From Nitrospinaceae bacterium (GTDB lineage: Bacteria > Nitrospinota > Nitrospinia > Nitrospinales > VA-1): a DNA stretch of 33,339 bases. A model generated the notes under the pieces. That model had not been told where the DNA came from and did no database searches. It saw nothing but the letters and a program-made list of their open reading frames with translations. This document shows positions 1-7,604 of the stretch, piece after piece. Numbering within the stretch: the stretch's first letter is position 1; every line of letters begins with the position of its first letter. Made by a program: the position numbers and the translations under genes. Location: contig JBHHVU010000034.1 of NCBI GenBank assembly GCA_046754465.1, positions 1 to 33,339 on the forward strand. The letters are read 5' to 3'.

Positions 1-49
1 GCCCGGTGGTGTGGGAGGACGGTGGGGGTAACTCCGCCTCCTACCCGAT
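1..49 (+). mobile_element. 3' end of a group II intron, class C-like (3' strand of domain V plus domain VI); the rest lies upstream of the window
   Basis: GCCCGGTGGTGTGGGAGGACGGTGGGGGTAACTCCGCCTCCTACCCGAT fits the group IIC terminal pattern CGGTGGTGTGRGAGG...CCTCCTACYCGAT. It forms a domain VI hairpin with a bulged branch-point A (TCCT-A-CCC) and ends in the canonical AY (AT at 48-49). Confidence 0.8.
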
Positions 50-65
50 CCGAATGCCCAGTCCG

Positions 66-137
66 TCACCCCGCGGGTGCTCCCGGCGGGAGAGGAAGTA
101 ACTTCTTCTCCCATTGGGAGAAGGCCGAGATAAGGGG
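66..137. repeat. REP-like palindrome pair (inverted doublet)
   Basis: TCACCCC...CTCCCGGCGGGAGAGG is followed by the hairpin CTTCTCCC-ATT-GGGAGAAG (105-123) with tail GCCGAGATAAGGGG. Same family as the hairpin at 2391-2426. Confidence 0.45.
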
Positions 138-188
138 ATTCCTCTTAGGTGCCTCGGGAAGTTCGGCATCAGGATTGGACGGCGTGGA

Positions 189-2327
189 TCATCTGCTGAT
201 GGTCAGCAGGATGGTTTGTTCCCGCGATTGGCCGGCGGACAGTTCGAATTGCCGGTGGGCCAGAATGCAGGAACCCTGGTAGGTGCGTTCGAATCCGCTT
301 TCCGATTGCGAGACCGTCTCCACGGGAAAACGCCAGACGGTCACCTTTGGGGAAAAATCGAGAGTCAGCTGAAAGCCCTGCCAGCCGTCGCGCATGCCAA
401 AGCTTTCCACATCATTCAATTCCCCCTCGCTAATGAGCCGGGGGAACTCCAGGTCGCGGCCGGGGCAAACGTAGTAACGGTCCGGGGCGTCTCCCGCCAG
501 GAGGGTAAAATTGAATTCCACTCCCCACCACAAACCTACGGATTCCTCTCCCGCGTTAGTGATTCGGTAACGGCAGAGGATCCGCGCCTCGTCCCTTGAA
601 AAGGAGAAGGACTTTTCGAGGGTGACCGGGTGTGGTACCTGCTGTTGCACGACGGAGCCGGTCCGTTGGCACTCCAGGACAAAATCCCCTTCGGGCCGGT
701 CCGCCGCGGAGGGTTTCATCGCATGGAGTTGATCCACGAATTCGCCCTGTTCCTCGAACCGGCATTGCCGGAAACTATCCAGCCGGGTTTCGGGTCCCAG
801 GAAATGGTCCATGAACGAATAGCGCTCCCACCGGTCGAAAAACAGCTGGTTTTGCAACTCCGCCTCCTTGAACTGGATGCGGTCGTGAATGGACCGAGGC
901 TGGTCCGGTCCGGCGGATTCCGATTGGGCCGCCTCCAGGATGGTTTTGTGGTAGGTCTCTTCCCGCCGCCGCAGCACGTTGCTCAGATTGAAACAGGCCG
1001 GGCGGTAATCGAGCTCCACCAGAGCCCCGCCGTAAGCAGGGGCGAGGAGGGCGCTCATTTCGGGATTGTGGACGAGCACCTCGGCGCGTCCGTCCAGGTT
1101 GTAATCTAGGGTTTCCATGGCGGCGGAAGGGCCTTGCCGGCTGTCTGCGATGTTTTCGGCGGCGATGAGGTGCTGGTACAGTGCGTGGCGCAGGTAATTG
1201 AGGTACAACCCGCCGAACAGGCCGTGCCATTGGGCGCAATTGCACTGGCCGCGGTAAAGTTCCCGCAGGGCGCCGGTGGATTCCCGCTCCTCCTTGGGGA
1301 GTTGGTTCACTTTCCGGCTGACATGAAGCATTTTTTTGTGGAGCAGATTGCTCTCTTCGTATTTGGTGAGAAAATTGTCCCACTGACCCGCCCTCAGGAA
1401 TAATTTGTAGCGTTCCTCGGGGATGCCCCGGTCTTGCAGTTCTTTTTTCAGGTCGGCGAATTTCCAGGCGGCCGAAGTGGGCAGGGACCACTCCATCATC
1501 TCGTCGTAGGAGGCCATTGGCAGGTAGATGCGTCCCGTGGGGGGGTACCGGTCGATATATTCGCGGAAGGTGACGGTTTCGATCCAGTCGGCGTTTTGGT
1601 CAAGGGCGGTGAAAAATTTCTCCAGCCATTTTTCGGTATAAACCCAGTGATGGGTTTCGGGCCAGGAACCGAACTTTTCGCCATCGTCGGCGTACGTGAC
1701 GCCTTGGAATCTGAACTCCTCTTTCGCACGGCGGAGGATGTCCAGGGTCTCGCCGGGCAGCTTGAAGGGAATGGCATAGCGCAGGGCCTTGCTGATCGGA
1801 AACACAAAAAGCGGCCGCCCCAGCCGTTCGGTGATGAAATAGCCCTGCAACTGGTGTTCTTCCATGCCGGAATAATAAAAGTGGGTATCGTCGACCACGG
1901 TGTATTGGATTCCGGCAGCGGCGATGATACTTGGCAGGTTGGGGGTCCAGATGCGTTCGGCCAGCCATAGGCCTTTGGGGGAATAATCGAACTCGTCACG
2001 GATGAAGTTGTTCATCATCCGGATTTGCCCCACGGCATCCTCTTCGGGGAGGGTGGAAAGCAGGGGTTCGTAAAACCCGCCGCTCATGATTTCGAGGCGC
2101 CCCGCCGCCGCCAGGTCCTTTACTATTTTCAGGGTGCCGGGCCGATGGTCTTTCAGCCATTCGAGGAGGGGACCGGAAAAATGAATCGCGGTCTTCAGCC
2201 CTGGAAATTTGGCGAGGACCTCCAGATAGGGGCGGTAACATTTTTCATGGATTTCCTCGAACACATGGCCGAAATTCCCAACAGGCTGGTGATTGTGGAT
2301 GCCGAATAAGAATTTTATTTTTTTCAT
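189..2327 (-). CDS. Glycoside hydrolase family 57 alpha-amylase / 4-alpha-glucanotransferase
   Basis: GH57 motifs HNHQP, GGFYEP, WLAERIW (catalytic Glu), DDGEKFG (catalytic Asp) and GQCNCAQWHG; C-terminal ETVSQSESGFERTYQG. Start taken at ATG 2327 (MKKIKFLFG); the ORF is open to 2345. Confidence 0.9.
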   Translation of the reverse strand: MKKIKFLFGIHNHQPVGNFGHVFEEIHEKCYRPYLEVLAKFPGLKTAIHFSGPLLEWLKDHRPGTLKIVKDLAAAGRLEIMSGGFYEPLLSTLPEEDAVGQIRMMNNFIRDEFDYSPKGLWLAERIWTPNLPSIIAAAGIQYTVVDDTHFYYSGMEEHQLQGYFITERLGRPLFVFPISKALRYAIPFKLPGETLDILRRAKEEFRFQGVTYADDGEKFGSWPETHHWVYTEKWLEKFFTALDQNADWIETVTFREYIDRYPPTGRIYLPMASYDEMMEWSLPTSAAWKFADLKKELQDRGIPEERYKLFLRAGQWDNFLTKYEESNLLHKKMLHVSRKVNQLPKEERESTGALRELYRGQCNCAQWHGLFGGLYLNYLRHALYQHLIAAENIADSRQGPSAAMETLDYNLDGRAEVLVHNPEMSALLAPAYGGALVELDYRPACFNLSNVLRRREETYHKTILEAAQSESAGPDQPRSIHDRIQFKEAELQNQLFFDRWERYSFMDHFLGPETRLDSFRQCRFEEQGEFVDQLHAMKPSAADRPEGDFVLECQRTGSVVQQQVPHPVTLEKSFSFSRDEARILCRYRITNAGEESVGLWWGVEFNFTLLAGDAPDRYYVCPGRDLEFPRLISEGELNDVESFGMRDGWQGFQLTLDFSPKVTVWRFPVETVSQSESGFERTYQGSCILAHRQFELSAGQSREQTILLTISR

Positions 2328-2390
2328 GAGAGGGTTATCCCGCATATGGGATGAATCGAATTATAACCCGGCCGTGAAATCCTTTGGAGA

Positions 2391-2432
2391 CCCTCACCGC
2401 ACCCCTCTCCCACACGTGGGAGAGGGAGACCC
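2391..2432. repeat. REP-like extragenic palindrome
   Basis: CCCTCACCGCAC leader plus perfect inverted repeat CCCTCTCCCAC/GTGGGAGAGGG (2403-2426). GGAGACCC is repeated directly at 2386-2393 and 2425-2432. Confidence 0.6.
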
Positions 2433-2562
2433 AATGTTACTTTTCATGCAATATGCGGGTTATGGGCGGGAAATTTTTCGCCGCGGACACTGTTGCCTGA
2501 TTCGCTCCACCCGGCAGCACCTGGCCCGTGGATGGAAATTCAGGCAGGGTGTGGGCCAGCGG

Positions 2563-4353
2563 CTAACTGACGGATTCCGCGGGATAGCCCAGGCCCGTGT
2601 CATCCAGGCTGTCCTCCATCGGGGGTGATTCGATCTCCAGCATTTTCCTGGTGTAGAGGGTGTAATAAAGTTTTTCGTTTTGAATCAATTCCTGATGGCT
2701 GCCAGTTTCAACCACGCGTCCTTTCTCGAGAACAATGATCTTGTCGGCTTTCTGGATGGTGCTGAGCCGGTGGGCGATGATGAGGGTGGTGCGATGGGAC
2801 ATCAACCGGTCCAGCGCCTCCTGGATAAGGGTTTCCGACCGGTTATCCAGAGCCGAAGTGGCTTCATCGAGGACCAGGATTTTGGGGTTTTTCAACAGGG
2901 CGCGGGCGATGGCGATGCGCTGCCTTTCTCCTCCGGAAAGTTTGACGCCCTTTTCCCCGACCGGGGTGTCGTAGCCGTTTTCCAGCTGAAGGATGAAGTC
3001 GTGGGCGTTGGCGGACCGGGCCGCTTCCATTAACTCCTCTTCCGAGGCGTCCAGTTTGCCATACAGGATATTTTCCCGGACCGGACCGCCGAATAAAAGC
3101 GTTTCCTGCGGGACCAGGGCGATCTGGCTCAGAAAGCTGTTCAGATCCAGTTGGCGGATATCGTGTCCGTCCAATTTAATCGTTCCTTCCTGGGGGTCGT
3201 AAAAACGGAGAAGGAGTTGCACCAAGGTGGATTTGCCCGCGCCGCTGGGCCCGACCAGGGCCACGGTTTCTCCGGGAAGAATTTCGAAATTCACCTGTTT
3301 GAGAACATCGGGCTGATCGCCATAACCGAAAGAAACATTATCAAACTGGATTTGTCCCTTGATGTCGGAAAGTCCCACGGGATTTTCGGGGTTTTTGATC
3401 CGGGGCCGGATATCGAGGATTTCATAAACCCGCTTGACTGCCCCTTGGGCCTCCTGGATCTGGGTGTACAGTCTTACAAAAGTACCGATCGGACCGGCGA
3501 TGATGAGGCCATAGAGGAAAAAGGCCGCCAATTCCCCAGGAGAGGTGGCCGACCGCATCACCTGGTAACCTCCGTACCAGATCAACAGCCCCGATACCAG
3601 AAAGGTCAAGGCGAGGATGAACGGACCGAAGAAGGCGGATATCCTGAGTTTCCGGATGGATTCCTCGAACGCCCGTTCGGCCTCTTTTTCAAACCGTTTC
3701 TTTTCGTAGGGTTCCCGTGTATACGATTTGACCACCTTGATGGAGGAGACCATTTCTTCCAGGACCACCATCGCCCGCGCCAGTTTGTCCTGAACGGATT
3801 CGGAAATGCGGCGCAGACGCTTGCCGAATATCCTTGCGAACAGCATCAGGGGGGGGAGAACGAGAAGGATCAGTCCCGTCAGTTTCCAGTTCAAGTAAAA
3901 AATAATGGCCAGCGCACCCACGAGGGTGATCGTTTGACGCAGAACCGCCACGGGTATCGTGACCAGGGCGTTTTGTATGACCGAAATGTCGCTGCCCATC
4001 CGGGATAGAATCTCACCCACCCGGCGTGTATTGAAAAACCGCAGAGACAGGGACTGGATATGAGAGAAAAACTCGATACGGAAATCCGTTGTCACCCGGT
4101 TCCCGACAAACCCGAAGATATAGTTGTGGGTGATTCCAAACGCCGCCTGGAACAGGATGATCACGGCCAGGTCCCGGGTCAGGCTGTTCAGCATGGCGCC
4201 GTTTTTCAAAACGATCACCGCATTGATCATGTTGCGGACGACCAGGGGGAGGATCAGATTGATCACTGAGGTCAGCACCAGGCACAAAAAAGCAAATACG
4301 AGGCTTTTTTTATAAGGACGGGCGAATTTCAGAATTTTGGTGAAGTCGTTCAT
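2563..4353 (-). CDS. ABC exporter, fused permease/ATP-binding protein (MsbA-like)
   Basis: N-terminal multi-TM domain; Walker A GPSGAGKS, signature LSGGERQR, Walker B LVLDEATSALD, H-loop IAHRLST. Confidence 0.92.
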   Translation of the reverse strand: MNDFTKILKFARPYKKSLVFAFLCLVLTSVINLILPLVVRNMINAVIVLKNGAMLNSLTRDLAVIILFQAAFGITHNYIFGFVGNRVTTDFRIEFFSHIQSLSLRFFNTRRVGEILSRMGSDISVIQNALVTIPVAVLRQTITLVGALAIIFYLNWKLTGLILLVLPPLMLFARIFGKRLRRISESVQDKLARAMVVLEEMVSSIKVVKSYTREPYEKKRFEKEAERAFEESIRKLRISAFFGPFILALTFLVSGLLIWYGGYQVMRSATSPGELAAFFLYGLIIAGPIGTFVRLYTQIQEAQGAVKRVYEILDIRPRIKNPENPVGLSDIKGQIQFDNVSFGYGDQPDVLKQVNFEILPGETVALVGPSGAGKSTLVQLLLRFYDPQEGTIKLDGHDIRQLDLNSFLSQIALVPQETLLFGGPVRENILYGKLDASEEELMEAARSANAHDFILQLENGYDTPVGEKGVKLSGGERQRIAIARALLKNPKILVLDEATSALDNRSETLIQEALDRLMSHRTTLIIAHRLSTIQKADKIIVLEKGRVVETGSHQELIQNEKLYYTLYTRKMLEIESPPMEDSLDDTGLGYPAESVS

Positions 4354-4623
4354 GATGTTGGGTGCTGGCGCGCCTTATTGAGGATATAAAAAAGCCCGGG
4401 GCCTCCACGGGCCGGCCTGTCTTGAAAAGATCATTTTTATCAAATGGTTTAAATATTTATCACAACCCCCGGACTACGCCAACAGAATTATATCATCCGG
4501 AACAAAAAACAGGAAAATTCCTGAAAACCGCCGATGAAATTTCCTCCTTTCCGTTGCGAGGTCTCGGTTTTTCAAGGATCGATCCGGGAATTCGCCCCGA
4601 TGCGGCCCGCATTTACTTTTGGC

Positions 4624-4650
4624 TAAAGATTTTTTCCGTTTCGCCGATAA
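4624..4650 (+). promoter_or_regulatory. Sigma-28 (FliA) promoter
   Basis: TAAA (4624-4627), 15 nt spacer, GCCGATAA (4643-4650): an exact consensus upstream of flaG. A weaker overlapping TAAG-N15-GTCGAAAA spans 4648-4674. Confidence 0.75.
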
Positions 4651-4805
4651 GATGATTGCCATCTGTGTCGAAAATGGCATCGGAAAATTTAATAAATTAA
4701 TGATTTCAATAGGTTATGCTTTTTGGCTCCGGGAGGTTCATTAGCCAAAGGCCTTGAGTAAAGAGGAGTTTTCAATTTATTTTGGGTGTTGAAGGAAAGC
4801 GAATC

Positions 4806-5186
4806 ATGGACAGCGAAGGCATTAATCCTGCGAGAAAGACGGATTTTCAGGGTCCAAATTTAGGGGTGTCCCCAACGGGGTCCAGGACCAGCCCTGCTTC
4901 CGCGGCCGTCCCGGTTAAACCTGTGGATACGGTATCGTTGTCATCGGCCGGCAAAAAGGCGCTGGAACAGGCCGGCCCAACCGGCTCCGTTTCGCGCTCT
5001 GACGCGGGCGGGGAAGCCAGCAGGCGCAAATTCACCGTCACCGAAGCTCATGATGTGGTCTTGAAAATCGTCGATAACAAGACACGGGAAGTGGTCAAAC
5101 AAATTCCTTCCCAGGAGGAACTCCGTATACGGGACGCGATCCGAAACGTCGTGGATGATTTTTCCGAAAACGATTCTTCCCAGTGA
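4806..5186 (+). CDS. flaG: FlaG-family flagellar protein
   Basis: C-terminal KFTVTEAHDVVLKIVDNKTREVVKQIPSQEELRI fits the FlaG pattern (V+++D..T.EV++QIP.EE). A sigma-28 promoter lies upstream. ATG 4806 chosen; the ORF is open from 4782. Confidence 0.75.
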   Translation: MDSEGINPARKTDFQGPNLGVSPTGSRTSPASAAVPVKPVDTVSLSSAGKKALEQAGPTGSVSRSDAGGEASRRKFTVTEAHDVVLKIVDNKTREVVKQIPSQEELRIRDAIRNVVDDFSENDSSQ

Positions 5187-5191
5187 CCCGC

Positions 5192-5291
5192 GCGGCGAAC
5201 CGCCGCTGGTGATATTGCCATACTTTATAGGGCGAGCGGAGGTTGCCAGGCGATGATGCCATGACCTATTTCCCTCCCCCGTGGGGGGCGG
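5192..5291 (+). repeat. Dispersed repeat element, copy A
   Basis: Hairpin GCGGCG-AAC-CGCCGC, then TG-GTGATATTGCCATACTTTATAGGGCG...GGCGATGATGCCATGACCTATTTCCCTCCCCCGTGGGGGG. Aligns by eye with copies at 22841, 24587, 29407, 31659 and 33228. Confidence 0.85.
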
Positions 5292-5850
5292 ACCGGTCCA
5301 GGGCCTTCATGAACCGGGCCTTGATTTCCTGGGGAGAGTGAGTGACCCGTCCGGTGGACGAATCGAAATCCGCCTCCACCTGGATCAGCAGGAAGGCCGG
5401 TCCTTCGCCGTTCATCAATCTTAAAAAGGCCGGTTTCAGTTCCTCCCTTTCAGTGATTCTCAGGGAGGTCCGGTACCCGGTGCTTCGGGCCACTTCCTCC
5501 AGGGGAACCGAGGAAGAGAGCGTGCGCTGGCCGCCGGTCGATTCGTACTCCTGGTTGTCCAGGACGATATGGACCAGATTGGTGGGCGCGGCCGCGGCGA
5601 TCATAGCCAGGGTTCCCATCGCCATCAATACATTCCCGTCGCCATCGAGGACAATGACTTTTTTATCGGGCCGGCACAACGCCACGCCCAGCCCGATGGA
5701 AGAGGCCAGTCCCATGGACCCGATCATATAGAAATTCGCTTCCCGGTCCCGCAACTGGAAAGACTCGCGGCAAATATACCCGTTGGCGTGAACGGCCGGT
5801 TCATCCTTCAAAAGCGGCAGCAATTCCTGGAAGGCCTCAGTGGCTTTCAT
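5266..5850 (-). CDS. comE: ThDP-dependent decarboxylase beta subunit (sulfopyruvate decarboxylase ComE-like / split phosphonopyruvate decarboxylase)
   Basis: NFYMIGSMGLASSIGLG; ThDP/Mg motif DGDG...DN; ESTGGQ. Overlaps the alpha-subunit stop. Substrate uncertain. Confidence 0.75.
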   Translation of the reverse strand: MKATEAFQELLPLLKDEPAVHANGYICRESFQLRDREANFYMIGSMGLASSIGLGVALCRPDKKVIVLDGDGNVLMAMGTLAMIAAAAPTNLVHIVLDNQEYESTGGQRTLSSSVPLEEVARSTGYRTSLRITEREELKPAFLRLMNGEGPAFLLIQVEADFDSSTGRVTHSPQEIKARFMKALDRSAPHGGGK

Positions 5851-6334
5851 CAAAAATCCCCTTCTTGACCAGGAGGGTGAACGGGATTTCCTCTTTAATT
5901 TTCCTCAGTGCCCGCTCGAGCACCTCCCGATAATTTTCCTTGGAAAGGATGGCGTATTCCATCCCGGCGGTTTTCAGGAGATCCTCAATGATTTTTCCCA
6001 TGATGATGTGTTCGGGGGCGTCTTTGCCCTCGAATCCCCTCCAGCTCATGATCACCAGGGTGGGAATTTTATAGATGAGGTTGAGGGAGGTGAAAGCGTT
6101 CAAGCTGTAGCCCAGGCCGGAATTCTGCATCAAAAGCACCGGCAGGGTTCCGGCCATGTAAGCTCCCGCGCACAACCCCACCGCGGCATCTTCCCGTACC
6201 GCGGGCAGGTATGATATTTCTGGGGATTTTTCAAGGCAGGCGATCAATCCCGAAAGCAGGGAACAGGGAACCCCGGTGAAGAATTTGAATCCCTCTCCGG
6301 TCAAATGTTCGATGAAATTCCTGGAGGAAAGCAT
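5837..6334 (-). CDS. comD: ThDP-dependent decarboxylase alpha subunit (sulfopyruvate decarboxylase ComD-like / split phosphonopyruvate decarboxylase)
   Basis: GVPCSLL, REDAAVGLCAGAY, MQNSGLG and WRG...DAPEH motifs of the pyrimidine-binding domain. Start is ATG 6334 or TTG 6340. Confidence 0.75.
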   Translation of the reverse strand: MLSSRNFIEHLTGEGFKFFTGVPCSLLSGLIACLEKSPEISYLPAVREDAAVGLCAGAYMAGTLPVLLMQNSGLGYSLNAFTSLNLIYKIPTLVIMSWRGFEGKDAPEHIIMGKIIEDLLKTAGMEYAILSKENYREVLERALRKIKEEIPFTLLVKKGIFDESH

Positions 6335-6352
6335 GTTCAAGTAAGGGTGGGA

Positions 6353-7291
6353 TCACCAGTTTTCAATGGCGCGCTCCCCTCCATATTTCGTTTGCAGGTC
6401 GTAAACCAGCTTGATGTATTCTTTAATCCCTTCCTTGCCCTTGAATTCCACACCCAGTTCCTTCGCGGCCTGATTGGACATGGGAACCCCCTGCTCTCCC
6501 CGGATTCCTTCCACTTCTCCAAAGGAATCGATGGTATCGACGATCATTTGGCCCAGTTCCAGGTTGTGAATGTGACCGTCCACCAGGTGATAAAATTTTC
6601 CCGCCGCATCCTTGTTTCCCATCACCTTCGTCACCGCCTGGCACACCGCGTCCACCGAAACGTATTTCGTGCTGCCCTTGAGGTCGACATTGTAGTTCGT
6701 GGCGAGGTAGTCGATCGTCTGAAACCATTCCGAGCGGTCGATCTGGGGCCGCAGGCCATACATCGTCACCGGCCGCAGAATGGTGACATCAAAGGCTCTC
6801 CTCTTGAAATAGCTGAAAGCCAGCGATTCGATCGAGGATTTGATCGCGCCGTACAGGTTGCTGGGGCGCACGGGATGGGTCTCGTCCAGGGGATGCGATT
6901 CATCGACCGACGGCAGGAGCTCGCCGAAAACCGAACAGGCGCTCAGGAAAATAAATTGCTTCACCCGGGCTTTTTTCGCTTCTTCCAATAGATGGAAGGA
7001 GCCGTTGACATTCACCTCCACCAGCTCGTCCTCGGTCTGGACCGGACCGGGGAAATGCGCCATATGAATGACCACCTCGGTGTCTTCCACGAGTTGACGA
7101 AGCGAATCCTTGTCTTCCAGGCCCCCGATGATGTAGTCCACATCTTCATAAGGCTTGAGATGGTCCACAATACTGTTTTCCCGGATCAGCGCCCGAATCT
7201 CTATTTCACCTCCGTTGGGGTCTTCCGTAGTCAGCTGTTTGACCAAGTGCGAGCCCAACATTCCCGTGATGCCGGTAAGCGCAATTTTCAT
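6353..7291 (-). CDS. NAD-dependent epimerase/dehydratase (extended SDR)
   Basis: GITGMLG Rossmann motif, VNVNGS, catalytic YGAIK, LRPVTMYG; GGAGG ribosome-binding site upstream. Confidence 0.88.
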   Translation of the reverse strand: MKIALTGITGMLGSHLVKQLTTEDPNGGEIEIRALIRENSIVDHLKPYEDVDYIIGGLEDKDSLRQLVEDTEVVIHMAHFPGPVQTEDELVEVNVNGSFHLLEEAKKARVKQFIFLSACSVFGELLPSVDESHPLDETHPVRPSNLYGAIKSSIESLAFSYFKRRAFDVTILRPVTMYGLRPQIDRSEWFQTIDYLATNYNVDLKGSTKYVSVDAVCQAVTKVMGNKDAAGKFYHLVDGHIHNLELGQMIVDTIDSFGEVEGIRGEQGVPMSNQAAKELGVEFKGKEGIKEYIKLVYDLQTKYGGERAIENW

Positions 7292-7604
7292 TTTGTTCCT
7301 CCAAAATTATTTTGGAAGGAGCCCGGTTAAGAGATCCTTCCATCGAGTTCCGGCTTTGCCCGCACGCAAACCCCGCCTCCCTCCTGAAGCCGGATCGAAA
7401 CGATTCAGTCCTCCCGGACTATTTCCTGGAGGGAGGGAAGGAGCGAACCTTCAAACAAATCGGCCGGATTGGGGTTGGGTTCAATTTGTAAAAAGGGTTT
7501 CTTATTATGAAAACAGACGAAAATGAAGTCAACCCGTTTTTGGGAAAACCCGGAGTGCGCCGAGGCTGCGCGGACGCCCTGCAAGATATTTTGGGATTTC
7601 CGGC

